64,000 nt of DNA from positions 138,200,001 to 138,264,000 of the forward strand of contig CM059431.1 in NCBI GenBank assembly GCA_030390025.1, given 5' to 3'. How positions within the stretch are numbered: the first letter of the stretch is position 1; each line of letters starts with the position of its first letter. Origin of the DNA: Squalus acanthias (lineage: Eukaryota). The notes beneath the pieces were generated by a model that saw only the letters and a program-made list of their open reading frames with translations, was not told where the DNA came from and ran no database searches. A program made the position numbers and the translations under genes. Below, in pieces: positions 25,397 to 36,555 of the stretch.

Positions 25397-26158
25397 GGGC
25401 CAGAAATTCGGCACTTGTCGGGTGAGTACGCGTTGTGTACTCACCCGTAAGGCCATCTGAAGTGTCGGTTTTCTGCATGCACTGTGCATGCGCGGGAAAC
25501 CGGAACTTCCGTTCCCCTGAAGGGAGGGGTTCAGAAGTCGAACGCGTGCGCGGGAGAGGTTGCGCACACGCAGCGAACAACGTTTTTTTTTCAGGTTTCT
25601 CCGGGAGGGTAAGTATGAAAAAGCTGCACTTTTAAAAAGGAGGCACAAGGCCTGTTTTTAACAAGGTAAGTGGTTAATTAATTACAATTTAAACATTTTT
25701 TCAACAGGTTTATCTTTTTTAGATACTTTAGAGAAAGTAAGTTTATTTTTAGCACAGTTAAAAAGAATAAATAATTTTATCAAAAACTTAAATTTTTGTT
25801 TTAAGTAGTTAATTTATGTAATTTATAGTTATTTTAAAAATGTGATTTAAAAAAAATATGTATTTGAAATTTAAGTGTGGTTTTGGGGCCGATCTCTATT
25901 CATAGATTTTACAGGGCTTCCTGTCAAATCTATGAATGAAAATGCCCTGCTCCGATTGGCTCTCCATGGCCCACGTGATCCCAGGGGACGCTTCAAACTA
26001 ACTGCACCCCTGGGATACGCAAGCACTGCGCGCCGGCTGCTGAAGGAGGCCCAGGAGCCGAAGTCCTCGTGGGCACGAAACACAACAGCAGGCGCGGTAG
26101 GCAAGTACGCGCGCGATGCTTGCACCCGCAGGAAGCCGGAAAGTGGAATTTCTGGCCC
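25397..26158 (-). mobile_element. ~760-bp MITE, copy 3 (inverted relative to copy 1)
   Basis: Perfect 13-bp TIR GGGCCAGAAATTC/GAATTTCTGGCCC, with AT on both flanks. Confidence 0.88.
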
Positions 26159-26270
26159 ATTAATTTCCTGAAGTACTTTCAGTGATTGCTGTAATATCCG
26201 AGAGAGAAAAATATATCAGATCCGGGGTTTGATTCAGTTTGTTTCTCACTCTCCGTCTTTTTGTGTTTAG

Positions 26271-26356
26271 ACTAAGGGGCAATAACCTGGGAGATTCAGC
26301 AGTGAAACTACTGTCTGCGGCTCTGAGGAACCCGACTGTAAAATAAAGGAACTGCG
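26271..26356 (+). CDS. NLR gene, LRR exon 1 (86 nt, apparent 1-nt deletion)
   Basis: gtttag|(R)LRGNNLGDSAVKLLSAALRNP, then TVK* (TAA at 26344-26346). The shifted frame gives CKIKEL|gtaagt, as expected for an RI-like LRR. Confidence 0.85.
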
Positions 26357-26497
26357 GTAAGTACCAGACTTTGCGAGATTGTGTTTATAATAACTGGATG
26401 TCTGACACTGAACATTATTATGAGTACCAGTAATACTGTTGTTAATAAACACTGGGGATTTACTCTGATTCCTGTTATTTCTCTCTCTGCTCCCCAG

Positions 26498-26665
26498 GTT
26501 GGATGGCGTCGGTCTCACGGATTCTTGTGCCGAGGATCTCGCCTCCGCTCTCAGTCCAAACCGGTCACTGACGGATCTGGACCTGGGATCAAACTCCTTC
26601 ACAGAGCGATCTGTCCCCGCTCTCTGCCGCCTCACACTGAACTGCAGGAGTCTACAGCTGATCGA
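26498..26665 (+). CDS. NLR gene, LRR exon 2 (168 nt)
   Basis: ccccag|LDGVGLTDSCAEDLASALSPNRSLTDLDLGSNSFTERSVPALCRLTLNCRSLQLI|gtgagt. Phase 2-2, RI-like LRRs. Confidence 0.9.
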
Positions 26666-26827
26666 GTGAGTGTTTGTATTAATGTTTAATGTAATAAAAA
26701 AATATAAATGGAATTCAGTCACATTTATGGGTAACATTTGTCTGTTAGTATTATTGAAATGTTAACCCCCGTCTCCCTGTTATTATCACTGCTGCTTATT
26801 TCCTGTTGAATCTTTAATCTGTTTCAG

Positions 26828-26915
26828 GCTGGGCTGGAATCAGTTCAGTTCAACCGGAAAGAGACTCCTGGAGTCGCTGCAGGGAACAAGAAGCGGACTG
26901 AGTGTGGTTGTGTGA
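26828..26915 (+). CDS. NLR gene, terminal coding exon
   Basis: tttcag|LGWNQFSSTGKRLLESLQGTRSGLSVVV* (TGA at 26913-26915). Confidence 0.85.
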
Positions 26916-28531
26916 ACATTTCAATTGATGACCAACGCTGCTCTCATTGTATGACAATTTTTGGCAGATTATCTGCCCCTCCCCTTTAATCGGGCGCGCT
27001 CAGTGTTTAAATCCTATCGGCCCCTTTAAGGGTTCCCAACTCGAGCTGAGCGAGCGTCATCTCCCATTGTGACGTCAGAGGATCAGACACAGGGTCCCGC
27101 TACACAGCGCCCATGACTTCAGCTGCCAAGTCACTAAACTCTGGAATTCCCTCCATAAACCTCTTTGCAGTTCTACCTCTCTCTCCCCCTCCTCCTTTAA
27201 AGGCTTCTTAAGACATAGAGACATAGAATTATACAGCAGAGAAAGAGGCCCTTCGGCCCATCGGGTCCGCGCCGGCCATCAAGCCCTGTCTATTCTAATC
27301 CCATTTTCCAGCACTTGGTCCGTAGCCTTGTATGCCATGGCGTTTCAAGTGCTCATCTAAATGCTTCTTGAATGTTGTGAGGGTTCCTGCCTCTACCACC
27401 CTTTCAGGCAGTGAGTTCCAGATTCCAACCACCTTATGGCTGAAAATGTTTTTCCTCAAATCTTCTCTAAACCTCCTGCCCCTTACCTTGAATCTATGCC
27501 CCCTGGTTATTGACCCCTCTGCTAAGGGGAAATGTTCCTTTCTATCTACCCTATCTATGCCCCTCATAATTTTGTACACCTCAATCAGGACCCCCTCAGC
27601 CTTCTCTGCTCTAAGGAAAACAACCCCAGCCTGTCCAGTCTCTCTTCATAGCTGAAGCGCCACAGACCAGGTAATATCCTGGTGAACCTCCTCTGCACCC
27701 TCTCCAATGCAATCACATGCTTCCTATAGTGTGGCGACCAGAACTGCACAAAGTATTCCAGCTGTGGTCTAACTAGCGTTTTGTACAACTCCATCATAAC
27801 CTCCCTGCTCTTATGTTCTATGCCTCGGCTAATGAAGGCAAGTATCCCATATGCCTTTTTAACCACCTTATCTACCTGTCCTGCAGCCTTCAGGGATCTA
27901 TGTACATGCACACCAAGGTTCCTCTGATCCTCTGCCCTTCCTAGGGTCCTACCATTCATTGTGTATTCCCTTGCCTTGTTAGACCTCCCAAAATGCATCA
28001 CCTCACACTTTTCAGGGTTAAATTCCATTTGCCACTCTTCTGCCCATCTGACCAACCCGTCTATATCGTCCTGTAGCCTGAGGCTTCCCTCCTCGCTATT
28101 TCCCAACCCACCAATTTTCGTGTCATCTGCAAACTTACTGATCAAAACTCCTACATTAATATATAAATCATTAATGTACACTACAAACAGCAAAGGACCC
28201 AGCACCGATCCCTGCGGTACACCACTGGACACAGGCTTCCAGTCACAAAAACAAACTTCGAGCATCACCCTCTGCCTCCTGCCACTAAGCCAATTTTGGA
28301 TCCTATGTGCCAAGTTGCCCTGGATCCGATGGGCTTTTATCTTCTTGACCAGTCTCCCATGCAGGACTTTGTCAAAAGCCTTACTGAAGTCCATGTAGAC
28401 TACATCAACTGCACTACCCTCATCCACACACCTAGTCATCCCTCAAAAAATTCAATCAAATTGGTCAGACATGATCTCCTCCTGACAAAGCCATGCTGAC
28501 TATCCTTGATTAATCCTTGCCTCTCCAAGTG

Positions 28532-28759
28532 AACATGTTGCGGAGATGCTGGTGTTGGACTGGGGTGGACAAAAGTGAGAAGTCGCACAACACCAGGTTA
28601 TAGTCCAACTGCTTTATTTGAAATCACAAGCTTTCGGAGCGCTGCTCCTTCGTCAGGTGAAGTCCTGACGAAACCTGACGAAGGAGCAGCGCTCCGAAAG
28701 CTTGTGATTTCAAATAAAGCTGTTGGACTATAACCTGGTGTTGTGCGACTTCTCACTTT
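28532..28759. mobile_element. Palindromic Penelope pLTR-only insertion with hammerhead motifs on both strands
   Basis: 10-bp TSD TCTCCAAGTG (28522-28531 and 28760-28769). Two 88-bp inverted arms at 28571-28658 and 28673-28760 with one mismatch. Each arm contains CTGACGA-AGGAGC-AGC-GCTCC-GAAAGCTT. Confidence 0.88.
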
Positions 28760-30516
28760 TCTCCAAGTGGAGACTGATTCTGTCCCTCAGTATTCTTTCC
28801 AATAATTTCCCTACCACTGATGTTAGGCTCAATGGCCTGTAATTCCCTAGTTTATCACTACTACCCTTCTTGAATAATGGTACTACGTTAGCTGTTCTCC
28901 AGTCCTCTGGCACCTCCCCTGTGGCGAGAGAGGTTCTGAAAATTTGTGTCAGAGCCCTTGCAATCTCCTCCCTTGCCTCACACAGCAGCCTGGGATACAT
29001 CTCGTCTGGGCTTGGGGATTTATCCACTTTAAAGCCTGCTAAAACCGCTAGTACCTCCTCCCTCTAAATACTAATTTGTTCAAGTATATCACAATCCCCC
29101 TGCCTGATTTCTATGCCTACATCGTCCTTCTCCACAGTGAACACAGACGCAAAATATTCATTTAAAACCCCACCTACATCTTTTGGCTCTACACACAGAT
29201 TGCCACTTTGATCTCTAATGGGTCCTACTCTTTCACTAGTTATCCTCTTGCCCTAAATATACTTATAAAACACCTTGGGTTTTCCTTTATTTTGCCCGCC
29301 AGTGTTATTTCATGCCCCCTCTTCGCTATCCTAATTTCTTTTTTAAGTACCCCCCTGCACTTTCTATACTCCTCTAGGGATTCCACTGTTTTTAGTCCTT
29401 TGTATCTGCCAAAAGCCTCCCTTTTTTTTCCTAATCCATTCTCGTATATCCCTTGACATCCAGGGTTCCCTGGGCTTGTTGGTCCCACCCTTGACGTTTA
29501 AGGGAACATGTTGCCGTTGTACTCTCTCTATTTCCTTTCTGAAAGACTCACACTGCTCTGATGTGGATTTTCCTACCAGTAGCTGATCCCAGTCCACTTT
29601 GGCCAGATCCTGCCTTATCATATTAAAATCGGCCTTCCCCCAATTTAGAACCTTTATCTCCGGTCCATCTTTGTCCTTTTCCATGACTACCTTAAATCTC
29701 ACCGAATTATGGTCACTGTCAGCAAAATGTTCTCCTACTAACACTTCTACCACTTGCCCGGCTACATTCCCTAGAATTAGGACCCCTCGCTTGTAGGACT
29801 TTCTACATGCTGGCTCAAAAAGCTCTCCTGGATGCACTTTAAGAATTCTGCACCCTCTAAGCCTTTCACACTCTGACTATCCCAGTTAATATTGGGGATG
29901 TTGAAATCCCCTACTATTATTACCTTAATATTTCTACACTTCTCTGGGATTTGCCTGCATATCTGTTCCTCTATCTCCACCTGACTGTTTGAGGGCCTAT
30001 AGTACACTCCCAGCAAAGTGATTGTCCGTTTTTTTTTAAGTTCTACCCACATGGCCTCATTAGAGGAACCTGCTAAGATATCATCCTTCCTTACAGCAGT
30101 AATTGACTCCTTGATTAATATTGCGACACCCTCTCCTCTTTTACACCCCCCTCTGTCTCGCCTGAAGATTCTATACCCCGGAATATTGAGCTGCCAGTCC
30201 TGCCCCTCCCTCAACCATGTCTCTGTGATAGCAACAATATCATACTCCCAAGTGTTCATCAACACCTTCAATTCATCTGCCTTACTCGCAAATTCCTTGC
30301 ATTAAAATAAATGCCATCCAGACTTGCCATACTTCCTTGTGCCGTTACTTATTTGCTCTGCCTTCCAGGCTGACTTGTTTTTTCCTCTATATTTAGCTGT
30401 ACATCACCCCCTACTATAGCTCCACTCCGTATACCATCTCCCTGCTAAGTTAGGTTAACCCCCCCCCCCAATAGTATTGGCAAACCTCCCCGCAAGGATG
30501 TTTGTCCCGTTCCGAT

Positions 30517-31398
30517 TCAGGTGCAACCCGTCTGATTTGTACAGGTCCCACCTTCCCCAGAAGCAGACCCAGTGATCCAGGAAACTAAAGCCCTCCTACA
30601 CCAACTCTTTAGCCACGCATTCATCTGCTCTATCCTCCTATTCCTATACTCACTTGCACGTGGCACCGAAAGTAATCCAGAGATTACAACCTTTGAGGTC
30701 CTGCTTTTTAATCTGCTACCTAGCTCCCTAAATTCTTGTTGCAGGACCTCATCCCTCTTTCTGCCCATGCCATTGGTACCAATGTGAACCACGACCTCGG
30801 ACTGTTCGCCCTCCCCCTTCAGAATGACCTGCAGCCGTTCAGTGACATCCTTGAACCTAGCACCAGGGAGGCAACATACCATCCTGGAGTCACGTCTGCG
30901 GCCACAGAAACTTCTATCTGTTCCCCTTACGATAGAATCCCCTATCACTGTTGCTCTCCCACTCTTTTTCCTCCCCTCCTGTGCAGCTGAGCCAGTCGTA
31001 GTGCCACGGACTTGGCTCTTGCTGCACTCCCCTGACAAACCCTCTCCCCCATCAGTATCCAAAACGGAAAATCTGTCGGAGAGGGAGATGGACCCAGCGG
31101 ACTTCTGCACTACCTTCCTAGTTCTTTTACTCTTTCTGGTGGTTACCCATTCCCTGTCTGTCTGTGCACTCTTTACCTGCGATGTGACCACATTGTTAAA
31201 CTTGCTATCCACGAAGATCTCAGCTTCACGGATGCTCCACAGTGACTCCAGCCGCAGCTCCAGCTCCGAAACGCGGATTTCGAGTAGCTGCAGCTGGAGA
31301 CACTTCCTGCACATGTGTTCACCCTGGACACCTAAAGTGTCCCTGACTTCCAACATAGCACAGGAGGAGCATTCCACGTTGCCGAGCTGCCCTGCCAT
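30517..31398 (-). CDS. CR1 ORF1 (Cys motif, coiled coil, SGNH/GDSL esterase-like domain), frameshifted near the C-terminus
   Basis: CSSC...CRKC, heptad-like LLEIRVSELELRLESL, VIGDSIVRG and VVVHIGTNG motifs. Confidence 0.85.
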   Translation of the reverse strand: MAGQLGNVECSSCAMLEVRDTLGVQGEHMCRKCLQLQLLEIRVSELELRLESLWSIREAEIFVDSKFNNVVTSQVKSAQTDREWVTTRKSKRTRKVVQKSAGSISLSDRFSVLDTDGGEGLSGECSKSQVRGTTTGSAAQEGRKKSGRATVIGDSIVRGTDRSFCGRRRDSRMVCCLPGARFKDVTERLQVILKGEGEQSEVVVHIGTNGMGRKRDEVLQQEFRELGSRLKSRTSKVVISGLLSVPRASEYRNRRIEQMNAWLKSWCRRALVSWITGSASGEGGTCTNQTGCT

Positions 31399-31710
31399 GT
31401 CCTACCCTTAATTTACTCCCTTTAAATTGAAGAATATTAAATGCACTAGGGACCTTACTTCCCTTTAAACACTACTTACTCCAAACTAGAGTCCTTACTT
31501 TTACTTTAATGACTAGAATGTAGAAATAATGTAGAAATACTCACCGCTGGTTCTCTGTCCCCTCTTGTGCAGCTTTTTAGCTCCTTCTCTCCTGGAAGCT
31601 GATAAAGATGGAAAAAGAAGGAACACCTCCCTCCCCGCACTCCCTCACTCACCAAACTCGCAGTTTGAAACTCTGTTCCGATCTGCACTCCGTGACAAAC
31701 TGCACTCTAG

Positions 31711-34346
31711 TATGTATGGAGATAAGGAATAACAAGGGACAGAATACAGTGGTAGGAGTAGTATATAGGCCCCGTAACAATAGCTATACCTTTGGACAGA
31801 ATATAAATCAAGAAATAGTAGGAGCTTGCAACAAAGGTAATGCAATAATCTTGAGGGATTTTAATCTTCATATAGACTGGACAAATCAAATTGGCAAAGG
31901 AAGTCTGGAGGACGAGTTCATGGATGGCATTCAGGACAGTTTCCTAGAACAAAATGTCATGGAACCAACCAGGGAACAGGCTATTTTAGATCTTGTAACG
32001 TGTAATGAGACAGGGTTAATTAGCAATCTCATACTAAAGGAACCTCTCGGTCAGAGTGATCATAATGTGATAGAATTTTACATTAATTTTGAAAGTGACT
32101 AGCCTAAGTCCGAAACTAGAGGCTTAAACTTAAATAAATCCAATTACATAGGTATGAGGGGCGAGTTGGCTAAGGTAGATTGGAAAAAAAGATTAAAATG
32201 TATGGCGGTAGATAAGCAGTGGCTCGCATTTAAATACATATTTCATAATTCTCAACAAATATACATTTTATTGAGAAACAAAAACACCAGGTTAAAAGTG
32301 ATCCAACCGTGGCTAACTAAATAAGTTAAGGATAGCATTAGATTAAAAGAAAAAGCTTATAATGTTCCAAAGAATAATAGTAAGCCTGAGGATTGGGAGA
32401 GTTTCAGAAACCAGTAAAGGTTGTCCAAAAAATTGATAAAAAGTGAGAAAATAGAATGAGAGAATACTAGGAAGATATATAAAAGCAGATTGTAAAAGTT
32501 TCTACAAGTATGTAAGAAGGAAAAGAGTAGCAGAAGTAAACGTTGGTCCTTTAGAAGCTGAGACAGGAGCAATTATTATGGGGAATAAGGAAATGGCAGA
32601 AACGTTAAATAAATATTTTGTATCTGTCATCACAATAGAAGACACAAAAAGCATGTAAAAAATGGTGGGGAACCAAGGATCTAATGAGGGTGAGGAACTT
32701 AATGTAATTAATATAAGTAGCGAAAAAAGTACCAGAGAAATTAATGGGACCAAAAGCCAACAAATCCCCTGGACCTGACGGGCTACGTCCTAGGGTTCAA
32801 AAAGAGATGGCTGAAGAAATAGTGGATGCATTTGTTTTGATCTTCCAAAATTCCCTAGATTCTGTAATGGTTCCAGCTGATTGGAAGGTCGCAAATATAA
32901 CATCGCTATTCAAGAAAGGAGGGAGAGAGAAAACAGGGAACTCGAGGCCAGTTAGCCTGACATCAGTCGTCGGGAAAATGCTGGAGTCCATTGGTAAGGA
33001 AGTGGTATCAAGCCACTTAGAAGATCATGATATGATCAGGCAGAGACAATATGGTTTTATGAAAGGGAAATCGTGTTTGACAAATTTATTACAGTTTTTT
33101 GAGGATGTAACTAGCAGGGTAGTTAAAGGCGAACCAGTGGATGTAGTATATTTGGATTTCCAAAAGGCATTCGATAAGTTGCCACATAAAAGATTATTAA
33201 ACAAGATTAGGGGTCATGGGGTTGGGTGTAATACAGTAGCATGGATAGATGATTGGTAATTGGGCAGAAAACATAGAGTAGGGATAAAATGATCTTTTTC
33301 AGGTTGGCAGGCTGTATCTATTGGGGTGCCACAAGGTTCAGTGTTGGGGCCTCAGCTATTTACAATCTATATTAATGACCTAGATGAAGGGACCGAGTGT
33401 AATGCATCCACGTTTGCTGATGATACAAAGCTAGGTGGGACAGTAAGCTGTGAGGAGAAAACAGTCTACAAAGGGATATAAATAGACGAAGTTAATAGGC
33501 AGTAAGGTGGCAGATGGAGTATAATGTAGGGAAATGAGAGGTTATTCACTTTGGTAGGAAGAATAGAAAAACAGAATATATTTTAAATGGTGAGAAACTT
33601 TCAAATGTTGGTGTTCAGAGAGATTTGGGTGGCCTCCTTCAAGAATCACAGAAAGCTAGCATGCAGGTGCAGCAAACAATAAGGAAGGCAAATGGCATGT
33701 TGGCCTTTATTACAAGGGGGTTGGAGTATAAGAGTAGGACAGTTTTGCTGTAATTGTACAGGGCCTTGGTGAGACCAAACCTGGAGTACTGTGCAAAGTT
33801 CTGATCTCCGTATCTGAGGAAGGATATACTTGCCTTGGAGGCGGTGCAACGAAGGATCACTAGATTGATTTCTGAGAAAGAGGGTTTTCCAATTATGAGA
33901 GATTGTGTAGAATGGGACTATACTCTCTGGAGTTTAGAAGAATGAGAGGTGATCTCATTGAAACATGCAGAATTTTGAAGGGGATTGACAGGGTAGATGC
34001 AGAGAGCTTTTTTCCCCTGGCGGGAGTATCTAGAACTAGGGGGCATAGTCTCGGGGTAAGGGGTAGGCCATTTAAGACTGAGATGTGGAGGAATTTCTTC
34101 ACTCAGAGGGTTGTGAATCTGTGGAATTCGCAGCTCCAGAGGGCTATGAATGCTGAGTCTTGCAGTATATTCAAGGCTGAGATAGATAGATTTTTGGACT
34201 CTAGGGGAATCAATGGATTTAGAGATCGGTCGGGAAAGTGGAGTGAGGTCGATGATCAGCCATGATCTTATTGAATGGCGGAGCAGGCTCGAGGGGCCGT
34301 ATGGCCTACTCCTGCTCTTACTTCTTATGTTCTTATGTTTCTATGA
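31711..34346 (+). mobile_element. CR1 LINE, 5'-truncated and disrupted ORF2
   Basis: VGVVYRP, KSPGPDG, VYLDFQKAFDK and RRMRGDLIET motifs, with a cttatgtt tail. Confidence 0.9.
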
Positions 34347-36036
34347 AAGCGGAGAGAGTGATTGTGGGAAGAGGACGTGGGATCTTGGAGTAACTTTGGG
34401 AGATGTGGGCTTAGAGTGAGGAGCTCAGACAACAGAGAAAGACACAAATTGACGTGAACCCTCCGCGAGACCTTTCTTACTAATTAGCACTAACATTTAA
34501 GTGAGGTTGAAATGGTTTTTTATTATCATTAAGGGAAATTGGAATCAATCAGAAAACTATAGAATTTATTTTATATTTGCTAGTGGTCAACTGAAGCGTG
34601 TCACGCACTATATCCAATCATTACAATACATTAGTAAAGGTAATACATTCATAAAAATCTTTGAAAATTGGAACTAAAACTAAACATTAGGAGTTTCTCA
34701 GCAATTATCTGTGAGTAATGCCTCCTTTAGTTTCACCCCAATCTTGCATCTCTTTCTGGAGCCGGATCCTGAAATGTTGCTAAATTTTCAAAATCAAGAA
34801 GCTCAGCCTAGTACCGGTCTCCCATAATGCATTTTCAACCTCTGACACGGGTGGACCTCAACTCCCAGAATGCAGCAGAGTCGCAGTGCACGTCAGTCTG
34901 TGTATCTCTCAATTCTACAATGCAGCATAACCCTGCCCCTACTCCTCTTCAGTCCAATTCCTCAGTGAGGAGGTAAAGGAGTGAATGAAGGATTCATCTT
35001 CTTCCTCAGCATATATCTTTCAGGATAATAATATCCAGCTTTTCAACAATGGGATCTCCACGACGTGGGAAAGTACTTGGATTCACAACACAGGAGATTC
35101 TGTGTATTTGATGGTATGGGTCCCTTCAGCACAACACAACAAAATCCCTCTGTTTGTACTTCAATAGAGCGCATGTACCTGGGTCTCCAACTTTGGATTT
35201 GTTACATTAGGGACAGGTACCACAGATTATCTCATTAACAACTGTGAGGATGATTAAGATAAATCGGCAACTTAACAAAATTACGTTAAATGATAGAGTT
35301 CCTATTATTGCCTCCTAGACTGCAGTATATACAGTGACAGGAGTATTCCAATTAATTTTTGATAATCTTCCCTTCTTTCAAGATAATTTTCTTGCTTTCT
35401 TCTTTGTATATCTTGACTGTTTAACTCCTCAGATTGAGGTTCATCAGTTTACCTTTGCCTGTGTTACGCAGCGCATGGATGTTGCAGTTTGTTTACAGAG
35501 GGTTATGTTTGTCATGTGAGAAACTTTCCATAACATGGTGTCAACTTCAGAAGCAGATAAATAGGTTTGTGTCGATGACCCTCCTGGTAATTCCGTAAAT
35601 AACATACAGAATACAGTTACCCAGTGAGCTGAAATGTTCCGCCCGGCGCCCCTTCTTACTCCTAATTTCATATTTTGAACTTGTAGATATTTATGATTGA
35701 ACTCCTTGCCAGAGCGAAGAATTTGAGCAATTTGTGCATTCTCCTTGTAACATTAAAACTGACATTAGCTCAACTGGAGGTGTCCTCTTTTTACACTTAG
35801 AAAGCACGATTTACTATAATTTCTTCAAAACTGTGATTGTGAATTCCTGGAATCTCTGGTACTGAGCTGTGTGACATATAAAGTGCAGAAATATCCTTTC
35901 TATGATTAGCTTACCAGAACTGCCCACACAGCCCAAATGAGACAAGCCCAACACTTCTTGTAACAGCAATAACACATTTCATTTGAACTCTATCCCTCTG
36001 ATATGCTTGGGGCCATTCTAGAACAAAAGGGTGATC

Positions 36037-36555
36037 GGGAACTGGCAGAGTGCGTGAACCCGAGAGACTGGGAACTGGCAGAGTGCGGGGACCCGTGGGA
36101 CTGGGATCTGGCAGAGTGTGGGAACCCGTGGAACTGGAAACTGGCAGAGTGCGTGAACCCGAGAGACTGGGAACTGGCAGAGTGCGGGACCCCGTGAGAC
36201 TGGGATCTGGCAGAGTGCGGGAAAGCGTGGGTCTGGGATCTGGCAGAGTGTGGGAACCCGTGGGACTGGGATCTGGCAGAGTGCGGCAACCCCTGGGACT
36301 GGGATCTGGCAGAGTGTGGGAACCCGTGGGACTGGGATCCGGCAGAGTGTGGGATCCCGTGGGACTGGGATCTGGCAGAGTGTGGGGTCCCGTGGGACTG
36401 GGATCTAGCAGAGTGCGGGAACCCGTGCGACTGGAACCTGCAGAGTGCGGGAAACCGTGGGACTGGGAACTGGCAGAGTGCGGGAAACCGTGGGACTGGG
36501 ATTTGGCAGAATGCGTGAACCCGTGGGACTGGGATCTGGCAGAGTGTGGGATCCG
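36037..36555. repeat. 33-bp G-rich minisatellite (GGGACTGGGATCTGGCAGAGTGCGGGAACCCGT), ~15 copies
   Basis: Direct reading. The overlapping ORFs show an 11-aa period. Confidence 0.93.

Larger units (their letters stand above)
27212..31710 (-). mobile_element. Near full-length CR1 LINE (5'UTR, ORF1, disrupted ORF2, tail)
   Basis: ORF1 at 30517-31398. ORF2 fragments at 27295-30330 include [23 protein letters not shown] and KFADDTK. The tail reads gacataga on +. Confidence 0.93.

Noticed and set aside
30824..31411. 195-aa + strand ORF and similar ORFs opposite CR1 or Penelope frames
   Set aside because: They are antisense shadows of retroelement coding sequence.
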